A stretch of DNA of 64,000 bases, from NCBI GenBank assembly GCA_951406725.2, contig OX597816.1:62248001-62312000 (forward strand). The letters are read 5' to 3'. Shown here in pieces: positions 15,980-30,284 of this stretch (the stretch's first letter is position 1; every line of letters begins with the position of its first letter). Source of the stretch: Octopus vulgaris (lineage: Eukaryota). The notes under the pieces were generated by a model. It had not been told where the DNA came from, searched no databases, and worked only from the letters and a program-made list of their open reading frames with translations. The translations under genes were made by a program, and so were the position numbers.

Positions 15980-16170
15980 TTGGCTCAAAGCCAACAGTTT
16001 CGGGGAAGATTCTAAGTCGATTACATCGACTCCTTTGCTCATTTGGTACTTATTTTATCAAGCCCGAAGAATGCAAGGCTAAGCCGACCCCGGGGGAATC
16101 TGAAGTCAGAACGTAAATACGGACGAAATGCCGCTAAGCATGCTAACGAGTCAGCTAGTTCAGCACCTTA
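15980..16170 (-). mobile_element. SINE family B, diverged
   Basis: Contains gattacatcgac...ggtacttattttatc...gaaatgccgctaagcat. Confidence 0.7.
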
Positions 16171-16397
16171 ACAATATATCATAAATATTGCCAGACACTG
16201 AATTCCATTAATAAATGAAAACAATACAGGTTAATTATTTCGTTCCTCTAATAAAGGATAATTTTTCAATCAAACTAAGACAGTGTTAAATTAAAACCAC
16301 TATTGCATTAGTAAAACTTAATAGCTAGTCTCCAAACTGGACAAGGCCGGATATTCTGCTGGCAACTCACACTCACACACACAGAGAATTGCAATCA

Positions 16398-16525
16398 ATA
16401 AAGCTGCAAAGACATCACAAAAACTTACTCAGAATTTCACATTCTAGTTCGTCGGAATTTTTGGTTGAGAATGAAACAAAATACGAGTAAGAGTTTTTTT
16501 TTTTTTGATGTCTTTGCAGTTTTAT
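16398..16525. repeat. Fold-back inverted repeat with a decayed HHR-like centre
   Basis: Arms are ataaagctgcaaagacatca...ttactc and gagtaa...tgatgtctttgcagttttat. The minus strand at the centre reads CCGACGA-AC...GU-GAAAUUCUGAGUA. Confidence 0.7.
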
Positions 16526-16602
16526 CAATAAAGCATATTACTCTACCTCCAGTATTCGAGTACTAATTCTTCAAACTTGTTTAACATTTATGTGCTTGCT
16601 AT

Positions 16603-16666
<64 letters not shown>

Positions 16667-16690
16667 ATGTATATATATGTATATATATAT

Positions 16691-16721
<31 letters not shown>

Positions 16722-16764
16722 GTATGTATATATATATGTGTAAATATGTATATATATGTATATA

Positions 16765-16815
<51 letters not shown>

Positions 16816-18312
16816 ACAGATATATATGCGTGTGTGTGTATGTATTTATATATATATATATATATATCAGTGTGTCGCTTTATTCATCAATCAATCGAAC
16901 GTTGCAACAAAGTACGACCTCGTATTATCATACCTGATGTCACTCCTTTGGCTAGGGACACAAGACAACTTTCCGTCTGAATTGGTCATATGTTACCCAT
17001 TTGCAACTGTGTGGACTGGAGAAACGTGAATTAATGAAGTATTTTACTATAGAACGCAAGCTTCTACAGATCTGGTATTCGAAACCTCAATCGTGCGATC
17101 ATGAGTGCAGCAACTTAACCACTAGGCCACGCACATATCTATCTATCTATTAATATATATATATATATATATATATATGTATACGTATGCATATATATAT
17201 ATGTATATGTATATATATAATTATATATATGTATGTATGTGTCTATATATATATATATTCATATTTATATTTATATATGCATAATTCTTCTAAATACAAA
17301 TGTTCAGTTCATCGGCTTACAGATATATATGCATATTTGTGTACGGGCATGTGTGTGTATGTGTGAGGGAGAGAGGGAGAGAGTACGTGTGTGTGTTTAA
17401 GTGTGTATTATTAGCGATATCTTAACATTTAATCTGAACATACTTCTATTTATTTCCTTCTCAAATTGTCAATGGATTTGGAGGAATTTTAAGCCGTCTT
17501 GTCTGAGCCTCTCCCACAGGCAATAAACTCGTCTGGATGTTACTTTTTTTTTTTTTTGCTTTCATCTTTCCGTAACGCTAAGCATAAAAAAAAACATTAT
17601 TTATATTCATATTTTATCCACTCATTTCAGCGTAGTTATTTCCATAAATATAATGGAATGTTACTTGTTTTAACAAACTAGCATACTAGATAACGTTCTG
17701 AGCAGTTTATTTGCAAATTTATGAATGCAGATAAGGCAGTTTAGTTACGAAGCTCTCCCTACAAATACATGGTATCGGGTTCGATCTCACACTGGGAAAG
17801 TGTCTTCTATTTTTGCTTCAAGTCTAACTCTTCACATTAATCCTAGCAAAGAAATTTATAGATTTCGGGACCACACTGATTAATTACTTCTTTGAAAACA
17901 CTTTAAATAATGCCGTGTTCACAATTTTCGTCCAAACATAGACAATCTCTCCTCCTTCATTTCTGTATCGTAACTCTCTTTAACTATTTTATTATCTATT
18001 GCCACCTCTTAGTAACTTTAGTGATAAATTTTCAGACTTTCGATAAATTGACTATGGATCATTTGACGTTAGTGTTTCACGTGGGTCTCATCTAGCATAC
18101 ACTGGTTTCTACAAACAGCAATGCATTGAATATGTAATTAAGTCAGCTACATGTGTACTGTGTACACTAATTGCCTATTTCCAGAAACACTGAATAATTG
18201 AAATCATCTGAAACTTTGCCTTGTTCTGTTAGATCTCTTTCATGCTTCATTTAGCTTTTTAATCTGGGCACTTGTGTACCCACCTACTTACTCACAAACA
18301 TATTGGGAATTA

Positions 18313-18533
18313 GAAGGCGGCGAGCTGGCACGCCGGGCGAAATGCGTAGCTGTATTTCGTCTACCGTTACGTTCTGAGTTCAAATTCCGCCGAGGTCGAC
18401 TTTGCCTTTCATCCTTTCGGGGTCGATAAATTATGTACCAGTTACGCACTGGGGTCGATGTAATCGACTTAATCCGTTTGTCTGTCCTTGTTTGTCCCCT
18501 CTATGTTTAGCCCCTTGTGGGTAATAAAGAAAC
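18313..18533 (+). mobile_element. SINE family B, young copy with 15-bp TSD
   Basis: Full head and core, flanked by direct repeat acatattgggaatta at 18298-18312 and 18534-18548. Confidence 0.9.
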
Positions 18534-20919
18534 ACATATTGGGAATTATTGGCAGGGAATTGGCAACCTGGTAGTTTGAAAAATGCATTTAACCGTCTAT
18601 AACAGCGGTCCTCCAATATTTTTACCTATAGATACCTTTTAATTCTTATTTTGCTCGGTGCGATCCTCATTGTTTAAAAAATCTTATATTTTTATAATGA
18701 AATATTATTAGGAATAGTAAAAACAAATGTTGAAATGTTTTAGTTACTGAAGAAGTATAACAAGTTTAGTGCACAAGATTTAGCAACAAAATCTGTTGTG
18801 GACTAATATGGTGATAAGGACACCCGGTTGGTACAACTGGCCTACAGCTTCTGATTTTATGTTCGATGCATTTCTGTACTAACCATTTCTTTACTGTGTC
18901 ATGGAATACCAGAAATATCCATGATATTATTCTCACCGTTCATTCCTGTCAATAATGTCCGTGTGTTTCGTTTATGCTGTGGGAAGTAGTGACTCGAATG
19001 GAGAAAGATAGAAGAGGGAGAAGGGGAGACAATGAGAACAACAGAAATAGTGAAATCAATGAAATATATATAGAAAAAATACGATTGAGTGTTAGAGAGA
19101 AGGAGGAGGGATTCATTAGTCAACATTTATGTTTTGAAATCACAGGCAGAGACGAAACGTTTAACATAATGAAATAATATCATGAAGATCTATAAATTAA
19201 AAGATATATCTATAGGTAGGTAAATTAAAGTGAACTGACCTTATCAAATAGTTGTGGAAGTTACACTGTTATCTCTTGCGTGTTCCAGAACAAAGGATGA
19301 GGTTATGCTGGGTGATGCACCAGCAATATACTTTTTTTTGTATTAGGTTTAAATGCTAATTGGTGTTATGAGAATAGACAGGTACATACATCGGTAGGAT
19401 GGAAATTAGACATAGTTAATTAAACAAAGAGATCAAAATATATGCATCAGACAAATAGGCAGATGCGTAAGTGAGCCTACATTAATAAAAAGGTATGCAG
19501 GTAGATAAAAATATTAATAGATACGCAAATAGATAGGCACCTGAACTGAAATGAAATGAAAATAATCTCAAATGGCAAATAACTTAAAATGAGCCTTAGT
19601 GGGGGAGGGGGTTGAGAAACGAAAATTATAGCTATATATATACATGAATAAGTGTTTATGTTTTTAATTAATCTTTTATTTCATTGAACTATATAACACA
19701 TCACATCTGTCAAACATATTGGTTTCAAATGTTGACAGGACGTCAACATTTGCGGAGGTGGGGCTACGTGGATTACAGTGGCAACCAGTGCTCAACTGGT
19801 GCTTATTTTATCAACCTGGAAATGTAAACCCAGAAGACAAATACGGACGATATGCCACGAAGCATTTTGCCCTGTATGCAAACGATTCTGCCAACTCGTC
19901 GACTTAAATATCAGCCAAACATATTAAAGCAAGGTAAATAAGGAAAACCTTCTAAATTCCTACTGATTATATTTAAAAGCACAGTTTTAATTACATGGCA
20001 GAGTCGCAAAAGAGTTTTTTGAAATTCCTTGCTGTTGTTTAATATACTTACATTGTTTTCAAATATGCTAACTTACACCGTGGAAGTTCATTTAAGAACG
20101 ACACTTCATGCACCAAGTGAAATATTAACTTGGAAAGCCTTGCTTGAGGTAATTTAAAGGGTGCTTTGAGATTTTCTTCTGGCTCAAATTTTTACTTGCT
20201 ATCCAAAACATTATTCCATTGGGATTAATACTACGTTTTTGTATGGGAACACTCAGTGGTTCTCATGAAGAATATCTGGTATTTTAATAAAACCTTTACC
20301 AGCCACCAGTGCGTGAGACAACAGGAAATTTTTGCATGGTTTCTCAACTTACTAGAAAGTGCAGCAAAATTGGCCTCAAACTACACCCTACCAACTTAAA
20401 GAAAGTACATTAGAAAAATGTCTAACATTCGAAAAATGGTCGTAGGTACGATGGTAGTTTTGATAGCTGAAGCGGATTGCTGGAAGTCTTTCGATAATAT
20501 GTTGGTAAGCGATCAGGATTGGTCTGTTATGGGAAACAATAACAACAGCAGCAACGTGGATACAGGATACACGCCAACTTTTACCAATTCATGAAGTCTC
20601 TTGGAAGATCTTAACACTAATTATAGTCTTGAGAAATTTTGTGTTTATAATTTTCTCAGCTATTTTGTCTTTCTTGAACACTACGGGTGCTTTGAGTTTC
20701 TCTTCCCGTCCCTAGACATATCCCATATAACTTATCCATGTTTGACCTCATATTGCTTAACAGCTTGCAAACTATCATCCTAGAGAACCGACAACATCCA
20801 TCATTATTATACAAATATTTCTGGTTCCCTTTCCTAATTTTACCTTTTCCATTTTTAACCAACATTTTCCCTCAATATTCATAACTCATGCAGATCGTTC
20901 TTGCTTCTTTCATATTAGC

Positions 20920-21130
20920 TTCAAATTTTGACAGAAGGCCTGCAATTTCTAGGGAGAAGGTAAATCGATTTCATCGATCCTCTAGGATTCGACTGCTACT
21001 TATTTTATAGACCCCGAAAGGGATGAAAGGCAAAATAAACCTCGGAGGAATTTGAACTCAGAACGAAAATACCGACGAAATGATGCAAAGCATTCTAACC
21101 AGTGTGCTGATGATTGTACCAAGCTCACCG
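20920..21130 (-). mobile_element. SINE family B, diverged
   Basis: Contains gaccccgaaagggatgaaaggcaaa...ggaatttgaactcagaacg. Confidence 0.75.
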
Positions 21131-22180
21131 ATCTCTTATTCCTTTCATATTATTTCACTGTTAATAGATCCAAATCTTAAGCATCTAAAAAAGTTTGATT
21201 TCTTTTAGAGATTGCTTGTAATCTATTTCAAAGTCTATTTTAATTTCTCTTCTGTTAATCAGTTATCTTCAATCTTTCATTTTATCCCTTCATTTATATT
21301 CTCAACAATTACAAACGCAACGGTAATTATTCCCTTTTCTGTCTATATTTATTACTCTAGCTACTGATTTTCCCATTGCATAAACTAAATCAGTTATAGC
21401 CCTCACATTGTCTAATTTTCTTAGATGGTATTGTAACAACGAGGGCTGATTCTAGGGTGCATTAAGATTACTAGCCGTAATCTTACTGCGTTGAAAAATG
21501 TTAATGGGAGTGGAATCCATCCCACTCATTAGTAGTAATTAACGAAAGCTACAATAATAATAACTAATGAAGTGATGCCTTTGGGCCAAGCCTAATCGAC
21601 AAATCGATCGCTTTATACAATACACATTAACAGGAAACATGAGATAATTAAGCCTTAACCATTGGTGGCATGAATGCTAAAAGCAATTTGATTCGGTTGG
21701 TAAACATAACTTCAGAATTAATTGGATGGTAAATTGGCAAGGACTACTTCCACTTTTTCATGTAATAAGACGATTCCATCTCAGAAGTTGGGCATTAGCA
21801 ATTCGTCTTTCCTCCACCATTTTCGTTATTCTTCTCATACTTCGTATTACTTTATTTCAAGGAATTCTGTTTATCACAAGCGTCTACCACAATCTTATTA
21901 CTTCCTTTCGCTCCAGGATCTGAAAATATAGTAAGATTAAGCATTCGATGGATCATAGGTACTGCACCTCTTCAGATTACGCTGTCAAGCAATAACGCTC
22001 AAAATAATGTTTGCTGTGGAAATATTCTTCTGGCGATATTTCTATATCGTATACTTATAGGCTATGAATTTTAAGATATAGAGCGTCAGACAAGCGTTCT
22101 TGTTTTAGCATTTCATTCTCAAATAACTCTGTTTTCTAATTAAACATTCAGCCTACAAAATTGTTAGAAATAGCGTTTTA

Positions 22181-22376
22181 TTTACTCTTTATTCTTTTAC
22201 TTGTTTCAGTCATGTGATTATGGCCATGCTGGAGTACCGCCATTAGTCGAGCAAATCGACCCCAGGACTTATTCTTTGTAAGCCTAGTACTTATACTATC
22301 GGTGTATTTTGCTAATTTACGGGGACCTAAACACACCAGCATCGGTTGTCAAGCGATGTTGGTGAGGACAAACACA

Positions 22377-22433
<57 letters not shown>

Positions 22434-22593
22434 CTACGACAGAATTCCTTCAGTTTCCGTCTACCAAATCCACTCACAAGGCTTTGGTCGGCCCGAGGCT
22501 ATAGTAGAAGACACTTGCCCAAAGTGCCACGCAGTGAGAATGAACCTGGAACCATGTGGCTGGTAAGCAAGCTACTTACTACACAGCCACACC
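22181..22593 (-). mobile_element. SINE family A, full copy
   Basis: Same head and body as the other copies, with internal (CA)n. Confidence 0.88.
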
Positions 22594-22804
22594 TACGCAT
22601 ATATTCATCTTTTTCAATAATCTACAGGAAATGTGTACACCACCGCTTGAAAACTGGTATAATTTTGTTTAAATTTTCATAACCTAGCGGTTCAGGAAAG
22701 TGTCCGATAAAATAAGTACCAAATTTATAAAATAAGTACTAATCTTGACTTTTTCGACTAAACATTTCAAGATGCATATTATTAACTGAGACAAGTAAAA
22801 GGTA

Positions 22805-25800
22805 ATCATCATCATCATTGTTCGACCGTGGTTGAGACAATGGAATTTACCATGCTACGCCAGACTTCACGTTCCATCATGGCATTACGGAGGTCCTGTT
22901 GCTGGATGCCTGTATCCCTGTGGATTACATCAGGGTAGGAGAGTGTGCGCCCTCTGGCAATGCGAGTAGATGGCTTCCAGCTCTACAACAATGTCCAGCA
23001 AACTGGACTCTCCTACCTATCACAAGAGATATCACAGGTGGTAGTTTCCCATATATTTGCATTTTGGTTGGATGGCGCTTCCACAAGAGATTTTGAGCTC
23101 TCATAAGTAGGCGAGTGCAGATTCCATCCAACCGCCTCTCAAGCTTCTTTGATAACGTCCGGGTTTCTGAGCCATATAGTAGCATTGGTTCGACTGTGGC
23201 TTTGAAGATTTCAAGTTTGAAGTCTCTGCTTAGATTTGATGACCAGATCTTATGCATGTCATTACAGGCTGACCAGGCCATACCTTTTCCAGTTAGAAAA
23301 TCTTTTCCAGATGATGATATGTATGACCCAAGATATTTGTAATCAGAAACCATATTTAAGGGCGCATTGTTGAGAGTATGGATGATGCAATCACTGTTGG
23401 ACAGGCACTTGTTTATATATTCAGTCTTGGCCTCATTGAGGTAAAGACGTACACAATTTGAGGCTTGTTCGAAGGATTGTAAAAGAGACTGGGCATTGGA
23501 GAGAGAATCCCCGATAAGAGCGATGTCGTCAGCAAAGTCAGTGTCTGTCAAGTATTCAGCTGGGTGTCTGCAACTTCTTCTTGGTTTTATTTCAAAACCC
23601 TTGCCAGAGATGGTATCAACTGACATACGTAGCACATAGTCAACGACAATGATGAAAAGAAATGGGGCGAGCGTGTCTCCCTGCAGTATTCCGGCTTTGA
23701 ATGAGAAAGATGATGTTTCTCCGTCAGGGGTTAAGATGGTTGAAGACGTATCTGTGTAGAGGACCTTGATGGCAGAAATGATTTTGTCTGGTATCCCATA
23801 GAGCTTAAGGATTTCAAACATCTTGTACCTATCTACAGAATCAAACGCCTTAGAAAAGTCTACAAATAACATTGCAAGATCGCGATTAAATGCTTTTGAT
23901 TCTTCAATAAGTTTGCGTGGGCATAGTATCTGGCTCAGCGTTGAGCGCCCATGTCTGAATCCATTTTGGTTCTTTCGGAGCAAAGGTTCAACAAAAAGGA
24001 CAAGACGATTTAGAATCAGTTTGTTGTACAGTTTTGCAGCAATTGACATTAGAGATATACCCCTGTAGTTGGTGACGAGGGATAAATCGCCTTTTTTGGG
24101 TATTGGGATGATTTGAGATTGGTGCCAAATCTTTGGAGCGACAAAGGTGGAAAGTGTGTGGTTGCAAAGGTTGAGCAAAAGTGTATGAAATCTATCATCC
24201 TTCCAAATTACAGCTGGGATGTTGTCGGGCCCAAATGCTTTCGAGGCTTTTAGTTGCTTGGTGACTGCTGTCAGTTCAAATATGGTAAAAGGGGAGGTAT
24301 TGATGTCCAGCATGTCTGATATAGGCACACTTGGGAGAGTGGGGTTATCAGGGATTTTAGCATTCTTCCCAAGAAGGTTTTTAAAATGAGTTGACCAATT
24401 TTCTAAACGCTTCTTAGCTGATCCTCCTTTAATTCTAATTGATGACCCAGAATTTTTGCCTGATAGGTCTTTGATGGATTTCCAGGCGAGATGGTGTTTT
24501 TTACTAATGTGCTCTTTGGATAGTATGCTAATTTTGCCATTGATAAAGTCGACCTCGGCGTTCAAGTAAGCCTCATCAAGATTCTTCTTGGCAGCTATGT
24601 GTTGGATCTTCAGTGACTGGGATGGAGAACGGTGTTAAGCTAGTGATCTAGACTTTAGATGGTTTCTGGCTTCGATGACATTTGGGGAATTAGAAGGTTT
24701 GCTCTGGCCCCTACTCTTCTTTTTGGGAAGAGTAGCCAGTGAAACTTCCTCTGTTGATTTGATGAGGCTGCTGTATACTTCTTCAATGTTCTCAGCATCT
24801 ATTTCAGAAGTAGACAAAGATTGAAATGTGTTATAGACCTCAATAGTAAATTGTTTGGACATATCGGGGTTAGACAAGACTTCCTCCCAGTCGATCGTTT
24901 TCATCAGGTGAGGCTTAGCTTTTTTGGATGAGCGAAGACTAAGCTTAACGGTAGCTGATATAATTCTGTGGTCAGAGCCGACAGAACTAAAGGAAGAGTA
25001 GGATCTCGAGTTTTTAACACTATTGCGCCACTTCTTTCAAAAGATGAGGTAGTCAATTTGTGCCCTATCACCAGGTGGGGACTCGAATGTCCAAAGTTGA
25101 CCTTTTGGTTTCATAAAATAATTGTTGGAGGTGTAGAGATTAAATTCCTCTAAGAAGTCTTTGAGCATTTCTCCGTTCCGATTAGTTTTAGAGTTGAAAG
25201 TAAACTTGGTCTCATCGGGTCCTAGTCTAGCATTCAGATCGCCAGCTATAACTAGAAAATTATGGAGAGGTACTTGCTCAATGGTTGAAAGAAGGGTTGT
25301 ATAAAAATTCTCAATCTCGTCTGCCGCAGACGAACTATGTGGGCTATACACACATACCAATGTTGTTTTCAGGTTTCCATCTATCTCAAGCACCATAATT
25401 CTAGGTGAGATTGACTCGATACTCAAGAGAGTATCACTGGCTTTTGATGAAAGTAGAAATCCGATACCTCCAACTGTTGAGTTAACAGTATTCTTTGATG
25501 CTGAGGAGGTTACAAGTTGATAAGAACCGACTTGATGGTATTTGAGGATGTTGTCAGGGTGGTAAAATCGGTGTTCTTGGACAGCTATTATATCAATGCC
25601 ATGTGATTCTGCTTTTGCACCAAGTTCTTCTAGACGGCCGAGAGAACCGAGGGTGCGGGCATTGAAGGTGCTGAGTATCGTATGACTTTTACAGCTGATG
25701 AGGTGTTTGTTTGGTGATGTTTGGTTGGGAGCTGACTCTTCTCCATCAGGTGATACCTGTCTGTTAAGATTGAGGGCATCACCGTCAATGGATGCTCTTG

Positions 25801-26127
25801 GAGGTGAAACGTGATCAGGGACAGGACCGGCAAAGCAGGAGCTGGACCTACATCTGCAGGTATACCATTAGGTCTGGTTCCCTGGGGAAGAGGAACCCTG
25901 GTGCAGTTAATTGTAAATTCCATAGTCTTTTCAAATGGCTAATAATGTGTGCCCGCGCCACTACTAGACGCATTGGGAAGCATTGTACAACCAAGTACTA
26001 AAGAAGATCTTTCCTCCTCCATCAAACAAAGCTGTTCCCGCTGGACGTCAACCCAGTATTTCTAAGCTACGGACCGAGTGATTTATTGTAAGGTTATCTC
26101 CCTAGATAGATTGCCTTCACTACGGCT
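22805..26127 (-). mobile_element. RTE-clade LINE, near full length, with (GAT)n tail
   Basis: Single APE+RT ORF with TFNARTL, AVQEH, AGDLNA, GSDHRI, NYRGISL, QNGFR, DFSKAFDSV, GILQGDTLAPFLF, DFADD and YKYLG. The tail is tgatgatgat immediately after the stop. The 5' boundary is approximate. Confidence 0.93.
22815..25923 (-). pseudogene. Disrupted endonuclease-reverse transcriptase ORF of the RTE element
   Basis: ORF pieces 25037-25426, 24635-24904 and 22925-24565 are in one frame, separated by single stops at 25037 and 24635. There is a probable frameshift near 25830 after the ATG at 25923. A frameshifting deletion near 22980 leaves the native C-terminus WKPSTR...STTVEQ* ending at 22815. Confidence 0.85.
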
Positions 26128-26492
26128 GATACCTAAATCTGTTCAACAAAGGTTGAGTCTGACCCAGGGTTAAAAAATAACAAAATCATATTTTACCGGT
26201 TCAATGAAATATGCACATTGCTCATCGACCTGTTAGAAAAAGTAGCTCCAGTCTCTCTCAAACTATTTCAATTCGTTTATCGTTCATCTTATACTTGTTA
26301 CTGTCATTGGAGTGCGGCTATACTGGGTTACTGTCTTGGAGTGTTTCATCGAAATAATCGAGTCCAGTACATATTCTTTTAAAGTCTGGTGTATATTCTA
26401 TCGTTTCCTTTTGTCGACCAGCTACTTTACGAGGAATTAAACAAACCAAAACAATTTGTCATGCAATGGTGAGACTAACACTCACACACATG

Positions 26493-26571
<79 letters not shown>

Positions 26572-27046
26572 GTATATATATATGTGTGTATGTGTGTGTG
26601 TGTCTGCGTGTGTGTGTGAGAGTGTGTTATTTTTAGTTAATCCCAAACTCGAGGTTAACTCGAGTATCTATTTTTTTTCCGAGGCACAAACCCAGACAAA
26701 TTTGTTTATGGAACACCAGCAGTCAACCATGCATATGGCCTCCCCTCATACGTACGTACATACATACATACATACATACATACATACATACATACATACA
26801 TACATACATACATACATACATACATACATACATACATACATACATACATACATGCATGCATACATCTATATATATACACATACATATGTCCTCTACGCAT
26901 ATATGCATATAATATATTATTTATTATATATATAAGTATATATATACACATAAATATGTATATTCACAAGCACACACACACACCTACACACGCACACAAA
27001 TACACACTCAGACACACGCACATACACACACACACATATATATACA

Positions 27047-27244
27047 AACGAGAGGGTGCTGCAAAGTTCGTTCCCTTAAGAGTATCGCGAAACGCCTTGC
27101 TCGATGCTCAACCTTCCGAGTTCTTTTACAGGGCTTAGAAAATCTCAAGGACCACTGCAATAAGTAATATGTGGAATAAAATCATAATTAACTGAACCCC
27201 TATTTTCTTTCATCCAAAGCCGAGAAATTTTCACCACCCTGTCG
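27047..27244 (+). mobile_element. mariner-derived MITE
   Basis: Imperfect TIRs acgagagggtgctgcaaagtt and aattttcaccaccctgtcgt. The interior resembles a mariner C-terminus (LLDAQPSEFFY). A related copy lies at about 54703-54885 in reverse. Confidence 0.65.
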
Positions 27245-27856
27245 TGCGCGTATATGTGTGTGTGTGTTTGTGTGCATGTGTGTATGTGTTTATGCATGTT
27301 TGTGCGTGTGTGTGTGCGTACTTGAATTACTAGAAATTTCATGTGAAATGCAGCATTCTTCAAATGATTTTTTACATTTGTTCTCTCAATTAACTATAAT
27401 ATTTAAGCCTTCCTTAACTGGAGCAGTGTGATATCACCATAGAAGGAAGCCGTTTTGCAGATTCATGCGTACACATACTCGCACATAGCTCGTCACAGAG
27501 AACAACCAATAGCGTAAGTATTATATATCTAAATTTTCACACACCATTGTTCGATTAAAATATCTAAGAAAAATTCGTTGCATGCACCGAGAAGCTGACA
27601 TATTCCTCCGTGCTTGCACAATGAGAAATGGACATCATGCTGTTACAGGACACTTGAATAAAATCTATTTGTGAAAAGACATTTACTAGAACCATATGAG
27701 TCTAAAGAATACTGTACTCAACACGGAAATTAAAGGTACGGAATGTATTTTTCATTTTCTATATTATAATAAATAGATTAACTGCATTGAATATATTGAG
27801 TCCTCATATATTTATTGGACAACCACCTTCTCGCAGCTGTCCCCGCCTTTTCTTCC

Positions 27857-27927
<71 letters not shown>

Positions 27928-27960
27928 ATATATGTATGTATGTATATGTATGTATATATG

Positions 27961-28156
<196 letters not shown>

Positions 28157-28311
28157 TATAAGAACGTATGAGCACTATGTGGACATCCAATATGCTAGAA
28201 ATAGATCACCTACCATTTAACCAGAAAGGAAAAGTATATTCTCTAGAAAAATTCAGCAAACACCAGAACATAAGCGGGTAAAACAAATGAAAATATACAA
28301 AATATAGAATT

Positions 28312-28380
28312 AATCGGAGGCTACTTTCGCTATTAACGATTTTACTTGCGTAACAAAGTCCGTGGCTCCTCAGTACGACC
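28312..28380 (-). ncRNA. Hammerhead-like motif, imperfect
   Basis: Minus strand reads GGUCG-ua-CUGAGGA-GC...UUAC-GCAA-GUAA...GC-GAA-AGUAGCCU-C/CGAUU. The core is complete but has 2 extra nt before CUGA and an imperfect stem III. Confidence 0.5.
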
Positions 28381-28580
28381 GTTCTAATTCAATATAATTT
28401 GTAGAACTATACACAGATTGTCCTCATAAAATTAGACGTGTGTACAGTTCTACCGATCACATTGGGGTACACATATGTTCATACCTACATAGTTATGTAC
28501 ATATATGTATGTATATATGCATGTATTGATATATTATTTATTATATTGTATGATCGAAAGCCATTCACCCTTTTCCAAGT

Positions 28581-28641
<61 letters not shown>

Positions 28642-29227
28642 TTATTTGAGGGAATAAAATCCAAACTTACAAGGAGAAAAAATTCAATTTAGAAATACTA
28701 AATCAAATTCCACACAATATAAATATATAAAAAATATTAGAAAAAATCCACCTTTTATCAATTCAAAATGAATAATTAAATTACACCATCTAGAAAATTA
28801 CATATAATAGAAAAGTTTAAATTAAAATAACAATAAAAAGTAAAGATTAAGTAAATTACAAAAATAATAAAAATACTGGTAAATCACATAATGGCCAATA
28901 GGAGGTTGGTCTCCACAGCATATCAGTAAATAAATAATTGTAATTAATAGATGTACATTTTATTAGGATAAACGATTAATTAGAACTGTTAACATGATCT
29001 TATGAACAATTTTGATTACTTCTAAACGTTATGGCACTATCTTTTTCTAGACCTGTTGGCGTATCCCGTTATGGTAAAGTCTTTATTTTACTTTTTTACT
29101 ACTTAAACACATTTTCCCCTATAAAAAGTCAACCCACCAATTAATATTTTCAGTTTAGTCACTTACTCAGGACCTGAAGTGTATCATATGCATAATCATA
29201 TGCATATGATTTAAATATATTAAGCCT

Positions 29228-29313
29228 TCTTCTTCTTCTTCTTCTTCTTCTTCTTCTTCTTCTTCTTCTTCTTCTTCTTCTTCTTCTTCTTCTTCTTCTT
29301 CTTCTTCTTCTTC
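29228..29313. repeat. (TTC)n microsatellite
   Basis: Direct reading. It is the source of the poly-E ORF. Confidence 0.95.
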
Positions 29314-29522
29314 ATTTTCTTTTCTTTTCTGTACTTTTCCTTCACACTGAAGAAGCTCCATGTTCCAGATCGGATGCGTTAGAAAATATTATTTTCAGAT
29401 GTTTCAGTGGCAGCACCGTGGAGCACTGGAAGCAGAAACGGCTGTTAGATTGTATAAGGTCTATTTATATTAAAAAGTAATAATTGATGTTAGTCAATTG
29501 TTGTTGATCAATATTTCTCCAT

Positions 29523-29727
29523 ACTCTTTTACTTGTTTCAGCTATTTGACTGTGGCCATGCTGGAGCACCGCCTTTAGTCACGCACATCGACCCCAGGAC
29601 TTGTTCTTTGTAAACCTAGTACTTATTCTATCGGTAACCTAGCCGGACCGCTAAGTTACGGGGACGTAAACACACCAGCATCGGTTGTCAAGCGATGTTG
29701 GGGGAGGACAAACACAGACACACGAAC

Positions 29728-29815
<88 letters not shown>

Positions 29816-30071
29816 TGTATCATATCTAAATTAACTATGACTTAACTATCCTCTCACGAGTCTCCGATGAATAATATCCTAGAAACAGGTGTAAAATCTT
29901 CTATCTATAAATGCTCTAATATCTATACAGCCTTGGGTTTTTATCTTATTACGCAAAATATTCGTATATATATACATATACATATATACGACGTGCTTCT
30001 TTCGGTTTCCGTCTAACAAATCCACCCACAAGGCTTTAGTCGGCTCGAGGCTATAACAGAAGACACTTGCC
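29523..30071 (-). mobile_element. SINE family A lacking its head, with an insertion in its microsatellite
   Basis: Family body on both sides of a foreign segment at about 29812-29965. Confidence 0.82.
29859..29899 (+). ncRNA. Decayed hammerhead-like motif
   Basis: CCGAUGA...GAAAC-AGGU-GUA, one change from CUGAUGA and one from the palindrome ACAGCUGU. Stems I and II are eroded. Confidence 0.35.
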
Positions 30072-30075
30072 TATA

Positions 30076-30229
30076 GAGCGGCTGTGTGGTAAGTAGCTTG
30101 CATACGAAACACATAGTTCCGGGTTCAGCCCACTGCGTGGCAACTTGGACAGGTGTTTTCTACAATAGCCTCGGGCCGACTAAAGTCTTGTGAGTGGATT
30201 TGGTAGACGGAAACTGAAAGAAGCCCGTC

Positions 30230-30284
<55 letters not shown>

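Noticed and set aside
21931-21980. Minus-strand CUGAAGA-GGUG...CAUC-GAAUGCUUA hammerhead-like string
   Set aside because: It has GAAU instead of GAAA and stem I needs a gap, so it is compatible with chance.
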